A stretch of DNA of 64,000 bases from Blasia pusilla (lineage: Eukaryota), in assembly GCA_050084515.1 (NCBI GenBank), contig CM114271.1, positions 29,140,001 through 29,204,000 on the forward strand, written 5' to 3'. The translations under genes were made by a program, and so were the position numbers. Below are positions 35,001 through 49,000 of this stretch, one piece after another. A model generated the notes under the pieces. That model did not search any database. It was given only the letters and a program-made list of their open reading frames with translations, and was not told where the DNA came from. How positions within the stretch are numbered: the first letter of the stretch is position 1; every line of letters begins with the position of its first letter.

Positions 35001-38000
35001 TAAATCTATCGTCGTCCTAATTAGTTTTCTTATGGACTTTCTTGAACTTGCGAACCGACAAAGTCCGTCCACTGTAGATGAACATGCCAAATGATACCTT
35101 GTCTTCTTCTGGTAAAGCTGGAGAAAGCAATTCAACCTTCCTGCTTGACGGGGACAATATTAGTCCAAATGACTCAAGTGCATGGAACGGTCAATTGGGT
35201 ACTGTTTCAGATTTCCTCGGACTGACCACGTCTGTAGAATCCAACTCTGAGCGAATCGAATCCCACCTTGTGCTTGTGCACGTATACATGTACCTGTAGA
35301 GAGAGTTACCTGGTTATGAAATGTAGAGACTTGTGCATCGAACTGCTGCTCATCCGAACTGGCGAAGTTTCTCAAAGCGAACGGGAACGATTTTAGAGCG
35401 ACTATGTGGATATCTAGGTACCGGCTCTTTGTTGATTAAGTAAAGCTGGACCAAACTTGTCTGGGGAATCAGGAATTGCATCTCAAATATCCTCCGTCGG
35501 GAAAAGCTTCGAAAGCTCCAGAATCTGGTGGAGCTCGCATGCGCAACACAAGTATAACTTGTGCGTGGACATCCAGAGAGGATGAAAACAGCAATTTGAA
35601 ATAGTCAGGATTACAGGTCGACTTGATGCGCTTCTCCTCATGTCTACAGTAAGTAGTAGCCTCCTGACCATGGCTGAACCTCCTATACCGATTTCCACGG
35701 TGCAGATAAACCTCGGCCCATCTTGCAAGCTTCCCTGGGGCTGCCCCCCGCCCCGCGATCGACTAAGCGCTGTTGTTCCTAAGGGGCTTTTGAAAATGTC
35801 CAGTGGGGCCGGTATAGCGAAACCTCCTCACCTCACTCAAGCTGAGTGCAATACGATCTTGTATCGAACCTTACCAATGTAAATGGCCAGACTGTCCCGC
35901 GCGTCCTACGAGGAGAACACACCAAAAGCGGTTTACACGAGGAGCGGCTTGATCCAGCGTTACTTAATGCGAGTTGAACCCTGGCATGTGCATGAGTATA
36001 TGACATTGTCTCACGCGAGCTAGCGCTAGGAGCACTCGCGCGTAGATCTCGGTGCACACGCTCTCCGATCAATCCGATTATGCAGAAGTACTGACTCCCA
36101 TAACTCCCACACTAGGTTTCAATACCAATTGCTTCACAAGTCATAAATTGAAATGTAAAGATTGGAAGCGGACGCGATGGGAGCCCGGAATTTCAATGAT
36201 TCTTGCCCGTATAACTAGTAGCACTGATCGAAGCGTGCAGACATAAATGCCTTCACAGACTGACTTTTCACTCGAAAATTCAACACAGATAATGTAAAGA
36301 GGAGGATGATCATTGGGCGCTGAAAGTAACGGATTGAATGACGGATGGCCAATGACACAGGTAAGGACAGGCCCAGGACTTCAAGGGCCAATTCAAGGGA
36401 TTTGTGGGCAAATGGAAACCCTTAATGGAAAGGGCGAGAATAAAATTATGCCATGGACGTTTGAATTTTGATAGAGACAATATATTTGGATGGATGCTGG
36501 GAACAGTGTAGACATGCTTGTGAAAAGCATATCTATGGAGAGGAACGAAGGTGTGGATGAGTAGGACCGACGGTGGGAGAATATCTCTCGTCACTGAACT
36601 CTTTTCAAGATGATAGAATCATTTTCGATGCAGCAAGTGAAGAAAACTTCGTCTGAGTTCCGGCCTCGAGATCGACAAGCATACAAAAAACTGAATGGAA
36701 AGTAAGTGAAGTCAGATGTGTCGCAGTGATCATATACCTACTCTGCACGATCATTTGCTCCGCACATGTACAGGTTGATCGAGTATTGACCGTATTTTCT
36801 CAAGGGAGGATAAAATATACTCTAGTCATATTCATATTCACCGAACACTGTGAGGAGATCCTAGTACTGGACAATCTTACATATTTCGTGAGCTTCACAT
36901 AAACCGGAGAGTTTAGTGGAGTCTTGAATATGTCAATCGTCATCCGGCAGTTCCAATTGTGCGTTCTCAATGAAGTCATCCGCTGCTGTAATTAATGAAG
37001 ACTAGAGGTTGTATTCGAGACTGCGACTGTACTTCCAATTTTCCTTGGACATTAACTTTAAGTCCTCGATCCGTAATATCATAATCAGTTGACGATTTCC
37101 CCAAGTAGGAATAGAGACCTGTCGTGGAGACCTGTCACAAGAGAGGAAGTTTCACTTTCGGTCGAAAAATTAGAGTGATTATGAATAACGAAACAAGAAA
37201 TTCGATGCTCTTAAGAGTCTCGCGAGATCATACCATTACTCCTCCAAATGTGAAGAGCACAAATTAAAAGAGTGCAAGCATAAAAACATCCTACCAAATT
37301 TCTGTGGCGCTGGGTACATTTCAGTGTTTACCACATCCTTTCACTCCCAAAACCATACAAAAGTAAGAATACAAAAATTACCTTCCTACCTACTTTGATC
37401 CAAGCCTATCTAACCTGACGATCGGTTGTCACATTTTCCCACTCAAACGCTTACTGATCCAAAGTAACATCAGAGTGACTTCTCTGAACAATTCCAAAAG
37501 AGAATTCCCAAATATTGATCCAACAGTAACCAATCCGTTGTCTATTTTCATGGTTGCAATGTTATGCATGAACTCAGGTACCTTGGATCCTGACCGTGTC
37601 AGCGAAGGGCTTGCTACAAGACCGTCAGATCTGATGATTTAATACACATTTCAGAGCAGTACGTAATCGCGGAAGAGACTCTGCAAAATATTGTTTTTTG
37701 TGAGACTGTCCGAGTTAAGGGCGATGCTGGTTGAAGTGATCGATCAAATAAAAGCGCGAGGATGAAAGAACATGCAAGTGAACAGATTTGAAGATGACTT
37801 GTGCTGAAGTATAAGTTACATTGTTTGAAATCAAACAGCAAGTCTTAGAGCGAAAGCGTTAAGATCTATCAACATCCGTACACCTGAACTTATGTGTAAC
37901 ACTCTGTATGATCGGTAACATAAGTTAGGATTCTGATCACGGTAAAGTAAGTTCGCATTTTGATGAAATAACCAAGGATTGAGGGGTCCAAACATGTGAG

Positions 38001-38513
38001 AGCTCTACCGGTGATGATTCCTAAGAAAAGAGAGATCGCACCGGAGAACACTTGCATGAGAGAGAGATCGAAGAGGGTGATCTTCACAAGGTAGATGAGA
38101 GCAATTAGATTCCTATGGTATCAGATTTTACGACATAGTGGATGACCTCCGCGGGGACACACGAGCCAAAAAAAAACTAGATACCAAGATGCCTAGCTTG
38201 AAACATGCGCAGGCTTCTCGGGCTAGGACAACGAGGAACCAGAAAATTAGCACTATGCGGTAGGGCTAGGAAGTCGCACGACCAAGGTTAAGGATATGAC
38301 ATTCATTCATGTCATTATGATTTCTTTAAGACCAAATTAAGTTTCTCTTCATGGTTGCACAAAATGGACAAATGTGTTCTAGGTAAGAAAGATAAATTTG
38401 AACATGATTATAAGAGATGGGGTTCATACTTCTAGGTCACAATAATGGAAGGTATTGGAGGCAATAAGGAAGGAGGGAATGGAAGTGGCAAGAGAAAAGA
38501 ACAAACAAGTGTA

Positions 38514-38605
38514 GAAGGCAAGTGGGGGAATAAGAAAAAGTGGGAGGTGGGGCCATATAAACACGAAGGCAAGTGGGGGAATAAGAAAAAGTGAGAGGTG
38601 GGGCC
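38514..38605. repeat. ~41-bp direct repeat, period 52
   Basis: gaaggcaagtgggggaataagaaaaagtgRgaggtggggcc at 38514 and 38566. Confidence 0.9.
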
Positions 38606-38786
38606 CACATGGATAAGTCCTACTTCAAGACGGACTCAAGTCCACAAACATGAACATGTCTCAGACACGAATTTTATCAATTTATAATATTGTTTTGCAC
38701 CCACCTATTTGAAGAGGGAGATTGATAAAAAGAGTGACATCTTTATAATCATTCCCTTAGTCATTAATAAGTACACGGTTAGGGGA

Positions 38787-41700
38787 TGTTATGTCTTTTA
38801 GGAAAGATCATTGAGTTTTGGTAGAACCTCATGAGGTCGAGGATGACACATTGAGACCTTTGATAACATGAGAGAGTCAATTTCCCTTTCATTTTGGCTC
38901 ATTTGGAGTTATATAGAGAAACTTAATATCTCCACTAAGCAAATTTAACTTTCCATTTTGGGAAATGGCCTTTAATCCTCTAGAGCATCTCAAAAGTCAA
39001 AGAAATGACTACGAGCATAGATTACCATGGAGATAGGTTGGGATAGGGAAGGAAGTATACTTAAGGAGAGAGAGTTTTGGAGCTCATTCTTTTTTTGTTG
39101 AGCCTCTTAGCATGAGGCTTTAGACCAATGGTCTTTTTTGCCTTGTGAGTAACCCAAGCCTCTCATTCGGAGAGTGGTTTTGCTTAAACATATAAAAGAG
39201 ATGGTATTTGTGTATATATTGTGAGACATTTGAGTGCTAGTAATTTACAAAGAGAGAATAAGAGATTTAGAGCTCACAATACGGGAGATCGCTAATATCT
39301 TTCTATTTTTGCATGTTGAGGACTTCGTTCCCTATTCAGTGGCTCATAGGAGTGCTCACGGGAGCAAGAGGCGCTTTTTGTGTTTTTTATTGTGTGATTT
39401 TTTTTACGAGAAAGTGGTGCTTAGAAGCCCTGCCTAATTTTTAATAAAAATTGAGTATGGGATGGCATTCTCCATACTGGTGCTCTCAGGAGCACCCTTT
39501 AGCTTGCTGTATAGCAGTTGTTCAGGTTTGCAAATTTTCTGTATTAGTTGAGGTCACACGTTGCACGACCATCTCCGCCAATTCTAGATGCAAGGTCAGG
39601 TGAAGGAGTTGATTTGATGACATTGTAGATCAAGAAGTCATGCAGGTTGTCAAAGAAAGAGTGTGAAATTTTAATGTTGGAGCTCAAAGTTTTGGTCATT
39701 CTCATGGGACTGCCATAGCCAATGCAAGAAGGTAGAAATTTCAAAATCTTGTAACTCTCTTAATTTGGTCGGGTTAGAAAAGTAAAAATATTTTTATTAT
39801 AGTACATAAGACAAAGGAAAAAGTGATTTGAGGGTGAGAGTAAGTGAAAACTTTATTTAATGGATATTGACCCAAGATTTATGAGGCTCAGTGGAGTATT
39901 AGCCAAATTTGAGATAATCCTAGTGAGTTCACCATCTTTTAAGGGCTTAGTCGAGTGGAAAAAAAACAAAAGAAATAGACTTTTGAATAAGGTTAAAATA
40001 GAGCAACATTGATCTTAACCAACTATCTACCATTCAACCACTGTCATCTATTTGATCTCCGTCAACTATCGCTCGTCGCTACTCGACAATCGTCAATGAA
40101 TAGGGTCAAGTTTCGAGCGATGGTCTGCCATGCATAGTGATTGGTATCCGCTTGAAGTTTATCAAGTACTATGTTTTGACCCCCATAGTTATTATGCACT
40201 GCTGATGGCCATACTGTGTTGCTCATGGCAGCAACGCACCATCTTGATCGCACAACGACACTAACACTAAGGAACATGGCGTGTATTTCCGCTAGTGGAG
40301 GGGATACCATTGATTGTCGCATCTCGACATCACATGTCGAGCCATTTGTAGTCGTTGCACCGTACTATTGATATACACGCATCGCATATCGAGGAGGTTT
40401 GTGTACCTTCAACATCTAGGAAGTACGACTTGCTAACTAGAGGAGTTTGTCTTCTTGACCAAGTTGGGATTGAGGCTTGCTTTTTTTAGGAGCAACATCG
40501 ATATTATTTTTCAGATTATTTTTCTATTAGTCTCTACTCTTCACAAGTGAGGAATTCTGGATATTGGGGAAACTATTTGGGATATTTGGGTTTTTACGGA
40601 TATTGAGAGTATTCTGGATGTAGGAGGTTAGGGGACATGGACTTCTATAGGATGTCCAGAGTTGAGGGTATGGCATGCCGATGAGACCATAGACTAGTGC
40701 TGCTTTGTCACACCACGCCGTTTGTTGTCACATTACATATATCTCACGGGAAAGTGGTGGAGATTGAGTGCCGCATGTTTTTGTTCGGAGTGATTGAGGG
40801 ATTGCTCGCCAGATTGAGAGTGATCATGTGAGAGGACACGAGAGTCATGAGGGCCTCCTTTCAGGACTTTGAGAGGCGAGGTGGTGTACTTGAGAGTAGC
40901 TTTAGATATTTTATCCAAAGTGGCACAAGGTTTCGAGAATCTTCACGTGAGGGATTTTCTCAACCTCCACCTCCTTCTATGCCTTCTCCCTCTCAGACGA
41001 GGGAGAGGACGTAGAGGAGTTTGGAAGTGCATCATTGCACTTGTTGAGCTTTCCTATCGTTTGGGCGTACGAGATGGCGGGTTGTGGTAGAGGATAGCGC
41101 AGATTTTTGGGAGTTGTGGGTACTATAGAGTTGCACGACATCATCACGGAGTTTAGGAGTTGATCTGACTCATAGAGGGCCAAGAACTCTAGAGAGTTCA
41201 ACCCTTTCATAGCATGGAACGGGATGTTCCATCACCTATAGGTGCCCATGGACGATTACCATCAGTTTCCCCATGGATCTGCATCTGAGATTGAGGCCCG
41301 GAGACTCTACCATGGCCCATATTACGTGTTATGGATTGAGCCATTTCTAGATGTGAAGGAGGATCTAGGAAAGGCTACTTCTTCTACCATTAATGATAGT
41401 CATGGGAGATGGATTCAAAGTGGGGCAGTTACATCATCTAGTTGGATTTGACCTAGGTGGTCTAGTTCTTTGCGGAGTTGTGGAGGAACTACCAAGGGGT
41501 AAAAATTGAGAAGTTGCAGAGCATCCATGACTTCCATAGGCGCACATAGGAGAGTTTTTGGAAGGCATTAACTTGCCTCCTTCATTTGATTAGTGTCAAT
41601 GAGGGAGTGACAAATATCGAAGGTGTGCAGGCATGGTATGGAATACTGGAACGAGACCTGTGGAAATTGATGAGGGATGCAGTACTTCTAATGCGCCCCT

Positions 41701-42880
41701 CACCTATGTTGAGAGATGTCTTTGAGATAGTAAAGTACATTGAGCACAATATGGTCGAGGAGAATGTAGTAGCCATAAATTAGAGGCGAGAGCAACCACG
41801 ATTTCCTTCACCACCAATGTAGCAACGTGGATTTCGAGAGAGGAATGTGGCATCATGAGCTTAGGGAGGTTATCATGATTATGTGCCACAACGACCCATA
41901 CCATCATATGTGGGTCATATCAGGAGTTATAAGTTAGGCATACATACGGTGCTCCCCATTCCCACCAAGATTCCACCCGTCACATATTGGGTACGTGCCT
42001 GAACATGGAGGAGTAGATGGGCCACCAAGCATGTTCCAATGTGACCATTTTTAGCAGTATGGTCATATCCGCACTAGAATTTTTGGCCTACACCTTGAGC
42101 TACCATCCCATCACGGGCTAGAGAAGGCACCAGAGCTAGTTGGCGGTCCACGTGGACCGATAGCTTGTACGCCAAGTGGTCTCGTATGGTTTAGGATGAG
42201 GAGTTGGATTCACCCATGTAGGAGATAGGGATCTGCCATCTAGATACGCCGAGGAAGACACAAGGCATAAGGTTGGGATGCTACTCAGAAAGAGCAATTG
42301 CATATTGTTGTATGGCATTGAGGTTACATGATGTTGGATCAATGACATCCACCTTATATGAAACAGCCAAAGATATTGAGGATCTTGGATATGGAGGCAG
42401 CCATTGTTATTACTTGTGGATCAACCATTGAGTTGGATCCACTGAGAGGGAAATCCAAGGAAAATACCAAGCTTCCTTGGTCTCTTACTTTGTCCAAGGT
42501 GTTGAGGACCCCATTGATGGATCCTGATTAGAGTTCCCAGAGATGGATGTTGGTGGTATGCAGATATGATGGGCAATGGGAGAAGCGAGTGTGACGACTC
42601 CTATTGTTGATGCTTAGTTGGAGCCCGTGTCGAGTACGTTGTTGGGGGAGGTTACTATTATGCCCCGTGGTTTTCAGCTTCTAATGTTACGACATTGGGA
42701 GGAATGTCTGCTGAGATTTTCCAACTGGCCGCTACGCTATGTGAGCATGGAGATGGTGTAACTACCTTACGTCCAAAGGTGATTATGGAGAGGGTGGTGG
42801 ACTTGCCCTTGGATTGTACGCTCATGCCATCCACCTTAGATTCATAGTAGATTGCGACTGCAAAGATGGCAGAGATAGAG
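38787..42880 (+). mobile_element. Older, truncated copy of the same Gypsy family (5' LTR, leader, gag; ends just before the protease)
   Basis: Nucleotide similarity to the reverse complement of 5267-4760, 14390-14220 and 13300-10770, e.g. gccaagaactctagagagttcaaccc (41179) and gcgagtgYgacgactcctattgttgatgct (42586). No long ORFs remain. Confidence 0.9.
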
Positions 42881-45644
42881 GATCTCCAACATGCAAGAAT
42901 CAACATCTCGGAATGAAATTTTCATTTATGACGTTTTGAGAAGGTTAGTTTTCTCCTTGACTAGTGAGGATGGCTAACCCCATTCAGTAAAGGCCTTAGT
43001 GGCAATTTTTTACTTGTAGCATTTGGATGCTACAGTTCCAAAGGTCTAGGCATGTTTGTAAAAATTGTTCAAGGTTATGAACCTTTTCAATTGATGATTT
43101 TTCCTAGTGACTTATTACTCTTATGCATGCTCTTTCTAATAGAACTTATGTTGTATTAATATAGCCACCAACTATTCACTACAACTCCCTATACCATCCA
43201 CATGGATTGTAAGGGGAATGAATATACAAGATTTGATAATGAACCTCCATTAGAGCTAAAAACATTTCTTTCATCAAATTCATGATAGCCATAGAATGTG
43301 TCTGCTTGCAAGAGATGCCCAGGCACTTGTGGTAGGAGGAGAAAAAGGATAAAGAACCCTAAACAATACCTCCGTCCTTAAAATCCTGAAAACCTCTGAG
43401 ACTCCACTTCCAACATGTTGTCTATGGGAAGAACTACTTTCCACATTTTCCACTCATATTGCACTTGAAAAATTTAATCAATGCCCTATTAGCCTTGTCA
43501 CATGCACCAAGCCTAAGATTTATTTTCTCCATTTCAATTGACAACATGCACATTGTGCACTTCACTTCCGCAAAGCATCTCTCCAAATCCTCAACTTGTA
43601 TGAGAGCTTCAAAAAGACCTTCATGGGCATCAAGCTCTTCCCCTCTACGCTCCAAATTTGAATTTTCTCTTTGTGAATCATGAGGACCCAAAGATTCAAG
43701 GGATTATTTTTTGACAACTAATACTAGTGGATGGGATCTACACGGGTATGGTGCATGTCTTCTAGCTCAGTGCACAACACTCTCCAAAGCGTCAAGTTTG
43801 TGCTTTATAAGCAACATCCACACACCACTTGATTGAATTCGAACATGAGAATCTTAATTGCCAATGCACAAATTCTAAAAATGTGTGGAAGACGCGTCTA
43901 TGAGTGCATCTCCACCTTCCCATATAATATACTTCGAGAGATCATGCAAACTGTGTACTTCATCTTCAGCTCCATCCAAGTCTACACATCGCAAATAAAA
44001 CTTCCAATTCCAAAAAAATCCGTGTTTACCACAAACGTGGCCAGTACATCCTATATTTTTTATTGGAGGCCCTATACTTTTGTTGCATTGATTAGTGCAA
44101 TGATTACCCAAAAAAGTGCACGCCTAATATGTAAAACGCCGAGATTAGTCAGCAAGAAATTGGAGCATCCTAATAGTCACCAACATGGAAGGGGATTGCA
44201 AATTAGTAATCCTTCCCATATGCAAATCAGCCTACCTTGTCCATGTCAACACTAAGCTTCTTATGCCTATTTCAGCATTGTCCCATATTTCCCCCGCTGA
44301 AAAATTCAGGTTTCCTACCACTTCACATGACAACAAAAATTGTGGTTATTTTCCATACTTATACTAGGACGCAAACGAACTAGGACCATTCTCACAATAT
44401 CATCGGATGTCCCCAAAGAGACATCGACTAGAACTATGGTTGTTGCCGATACTTGTACCAGGACGTAAACAAACTGTGACCATTCACACAATATTAGAAC
44501 CCTTACCGACTGGTCCAATGGCCGCACACTAGTGGAAAGGTGATCGTAGGTGAGGCGGCCACTATAGCAATAAATGATCAGAAGGGGGCGTTTAAGGCCT
44601 GGGGATTCCGTAAGGGGGCACTTAACAAAATATCTGCAATTAAAAGGGGCCTATCATTGCTATCAAAGATTGGGAAAGGAGCCGCTTAAGTAGTAACCTG
44701 GAGATTGGGATGTAACCACAATTGAGATATTTATGACGAAATGAACTCATTGATTCAGCACTTGATTAGTGAACCCAGTCATAAAAGTTTAGTCCACATC
44801 TTCTATATAATGGGTAACCCCACAAGTACAATACGACAAAATTAAGATATAATAGCAATACTCCAAAATATTGGTTGCACAAAGACAAATAATAGATTCC
44901 AAGAAGTGGGACCTATATTTATAATTTATAATTTTTATAAATTAATTAATAAATTAATTTATTTATATTATAATAAATGATAGTAAAGTGGAATAATTAT
45001 GATAATTATTTTTTCTTATATTATTTTTGGGAAGAGAAAATAAATCTTGATGGAAAAAGAATAGATCTTTAAATTTTATGGATGGATAAATTTAATTAGG
45101 GGATTAGAATAATATCATTTCAATTTTATTTGAAAAATGGAATGTTATTACTCTTCCCAAATATAAAAAAAATTAGATTGAAATTTTTTAAAAATTTAAA
45201 ATATATGTATTATTATTATTATTAATTTACATGTCATATTTTGGAAAAAGAAAGTAAAGTAATTAACTAAGAATTTAATTAATTACTTTACTTTAGATAA
45301 AGAGCAATTGCTGCTGCGAGCATTGCTCTTTATCTTCAATGTGATTCTTTCTGGGAAAATAACTGCCTCGTCCCGGAGTAGCAGCTAAGCGCCCCACAAA
45401 CGCAGCGTCGCAGCTGCCACATAAATGAAATCTGTCTCTCAATCAATTAATGTATACTCCGAACGAGCTTATCCCGGCGGTATAATCCCGCTAGCAAGTA
45501 GAATATCGCTTTACCTTTGTTGGAAGGGCCTTCAAGTTGTGCTAAAACATAAATCGCAAAATCTCGGTTGCGGCGATCGCACGGAGGGGGAGCGTTCGAG
45601 AGTAATTTACAGTATCTAAGTGGACGACGAGTGTCGGTTGAAAT

Positions 45645-46025
45645 TGGATATAGAATTAGAACTTTCCTGCAAAGATCCACGCTCAATTTCGAAACCCTTC
45701 CAGATTGAGATTTTATGCGTCTTCCATAATTCGACGGTGCCCGGGGGATCTATGGCACGCGACTTTGAGACCGGTCCTCTTGAAATGCGAACACTACCGC
45801 AGATTCCGGGAGGTTATCGAATTTTAAGTAAGTGAGTGAATTAGAGAATCTTGAATTTGGCAATAGAAGTGGATGTAGCCTGCAAAGATCCACGCACTAT
45901 TTCAAAACCATTTCGGGTTGAGTTTTTATCCTTCTTCTATCAGGAGGTCTGTAGCACACGAATTCGCAACCGGTGCTTAGAATATGAGAACAGTAGTGCA
46001 GATTCCGAAAGATGACAGATTTTTC
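45645..46025. repeat. Degenerate ~190-bp tandem duplication, period ~213
   Basis: cctgcaaagatccacgc at 45666 and 45879; gcagattccg at ~45799 and ~45998. Confidence 0.8.
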
Positions 46026-49000
46026 AAACTATCGAAAGTGTGGAGGGAACATCTGTGCTCTAGTGCAATCTTAATTCACCTTTGTAATCGAAAGTGGCCA
46101 TGAAGTGAAAACAAGCTCACAATAAGGTCATGGCATGATTCATCAAATAAGTGATAGCGGGCCAACTCCTAGTGGCTATGCCTTAAGTGTCTTGTGAGTA
46201 ACATAAGCACAGCGTAATCAAACATAGCAGTGATAGCACCGAACCTTTTGTTACTTCAGCTCAGAGCGTTGCTCATACGTACCACTCCTGCGTCGAAATC
46301 CCTTTTATGACAGACACGCTGAATGTACTTTACGCTTCCGCAATATTCGTGTAGTCCCAATGAAGGAAAGAGTTTAAATGTGCGTACGTCCGTCAATATG
46401 CGAGATGAACAGAGAATAGGCTTTCCCATGTTGTCAGATACTCAGAGGTCCGGTCGATGAAACTTCAGAACTCCACCAAAGGGATCGAGCGCTTGAAAGT
46501 TGAAACCTGCTTCTCTACGGTTCCTCTGAGAACTTTGTGAGCTCGTGGACCAGTCCCGCGTACGCGAAGTTGGAGGAAGTTGCAGGTTGAAAAAGTACGT
46601 GCGATTAAAGATGAGATATCATGAGCGCACTGACCACAGTACAGATCAGAGCGGTACAAGATCATACAAAAGTCAACCACTTGAAAAACCGGCTAGGGTG
46701 AGAAGTTAGAACTTAGAGTCTTAAGACGGTAGGTGCACTCTAAAGGACCGTCATTAGGGTGCAAAGGAAGAACTCCACGACTTGACACTTAAAGACAGGG
46801 AGAGGAATTGCGAATTCGAGTGTCAAGGGAATGACTTTAAGAAGGAAAAAATATCATGGAAGAGGGAGAAAGAAAGAGGGACGATTGGAGATTAATTAAG
46901 TGGTCCAAGCTTGGACCAAGGAGAAGGGATTTCTCCTAACCCACGACGAAAGCATAACCTTTGTTACACTTTTGTGAAGTGTTTGAAATTAACTTAAGTT
47001 TAATTAATACTCAACATTCAATACTACTAATTAGGACCCGCAAGGGGCGTGCATGGCGCGGGTGCTCGTAACTTCATTCTCTTTATTAGTTTCATAGCTT
47101 CATTCTCTTTAGTTCAGACCTCGTTAAGATGACAAAAGTATTTATGAAAAGTTTAGTTACAAATTTAAGTACATTCTCCGATTAACATACATGATTTTTT
47201 AAGATGATTATTAAAAAAAAAGTAATTTTGCATGTCACAAGCAGGCCTAATGTGAATCCGACCACTAAAGGGGACAAATTCCAAAGGTGATCATGCAGAC
47301 CCTAATCGGAAGTGGCGGAGCAAAGCCTCAAGGGCTCGTGCACATACGTTGGGTATTTAAAAAATTTAAGAAAAAGCGTTAGAGAGGTGGAAATATTATT
47401 AAATTACTAAACATGTGTGAAGTACGCGTGGATCTAAACGAATGAGTTATGAGATTTAATAAAATACCTAGTTTAGAATTGTATCTAGTAATTGAAAGAA
47501 GGGAGTTATTCAAATGAAATGATGAGGTGTTTTCTTTTCTTGAGTTGGAATACGTTTAAATGAAATAAAATAAATAACACAAGTTTCTAAAGAAGAGATT
47601 ACACTAAAAACTTTACATGTATTACGGGACATCGAAATCTTATGAGCAAGAATTTCTATTTGGAAGGAGGTGATTTGCATGAATGTTGTGACAAACTACA
47701 TGAGCACGGGACGGACGTTACACGGAAATCATCTTAACCCATGAATGGTAAAGTCTTCCAAAGTAGAAGACAAACCAATGCCAAACCAACAAACATATCT
47801 TCCTATCAAGTAAAAGAATCCACTTTATTATAGAATAAAAGAGGACAAAGAAAGGTAATAACAACTCAAAAGAGGAGTTAAAAAATGCATAAAAAAATGA
47901 AAAATGAAAATGGCAACAAGCCCACATAAACACCGGCTCAACGAGCAACTCGATTGATTGCCTTAAACAAATCTGACAAGAATCCTATCCCTTCTCCTTG
48001 AAACAATCTTCATTCGTACTCTCTATCCAATGGCATACATCATGGGTCGAAACCTTCTACTAGGCAATGATATTCTATTGGTACTTTTGAGCCCATGCGA
48101 TGCACTACGTCTTAAGGATCCTTTCTAGCCCTAGAGAGAGTCTCAGGTCCCTCTAATGTTCATTTGCGTGTCCACTCCTCCTTTACTTAAGCTTTTTCCC
48201 ATTACCCTCCTATTTCTCTCATGATCCGTAGCCTATGGAAATTATTTTCCTTGTCTCTCCTTCTTCTTCCCGTTGAAATCAAGAATTTTCAAAAAAAAAA
48301 ATCATTAATTTCTCCTTTCTTGAAAATTGATGTTTTCCCCCTATTAAAAATTTTCATTTAAATTAATTACTCATGAAAAACTCCCTTGTTAAAACTTCTC
48401 CTTTCCAATCTTCCCCTCCCTTATTAAAAAAAATCCATTTTATAAAAAATATTATAAAACATTCTTTTGCTGAAAAAACACACTCTCTCTCACATAGAGA
48501 CAAACTTCTTCATGAATTATTCATGAGAACTAGAAAAAATATCTCAAATGGAAAGTTTAATAGTATGTCGGGATGTCACATGGATGCGCCACAAAGAAAA
48601 GAAAAAAGTATAGAAATCATAGTTTCAATCTATTGAATCTCCATACAATACCTTCACCTACCTCCAATATAAATATATTAAAACCTATGGTTCCTATGGC
48701 ATACGTCATCCTCCTCCATATTTCCTTGTAACGCACTAAATATGACTGGAGTTGATATGATCGTGGATCCCACTTACGCTATGAAAAAAAAAATGTTGGA
48801 CATATCTTCAGCTAAGTTCATGCCTAAGGTCCATCGCCGGAAGGAATCAATCCCAAGGTGTTTTGTATTCTTCGCCATTAGATTCTTTTCCACACAAGAG
48901 GAAAAAAATCTAATGCCGAATCTGACAGCGGAGGCGACAAGAGGAGTGCTCGAATGGTCTGCTCAACTCAACTCAACGCACCAAACAGTGACAACCGTCC

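Noticed and set aside
38116-38125. TGGTATCAGA, like a tRNA-Met primer binding site
   Set aside because: Only 10 nt match, no adjacent LTR end, and it lies upstream of the second element's LTR.
42900-44680. Minus-strand ORF fragments and a CACTAGTGG motif at 44528 suggesting a DNA transposon
   Set aside because: No transposase motif or matching second TIR could be identified.
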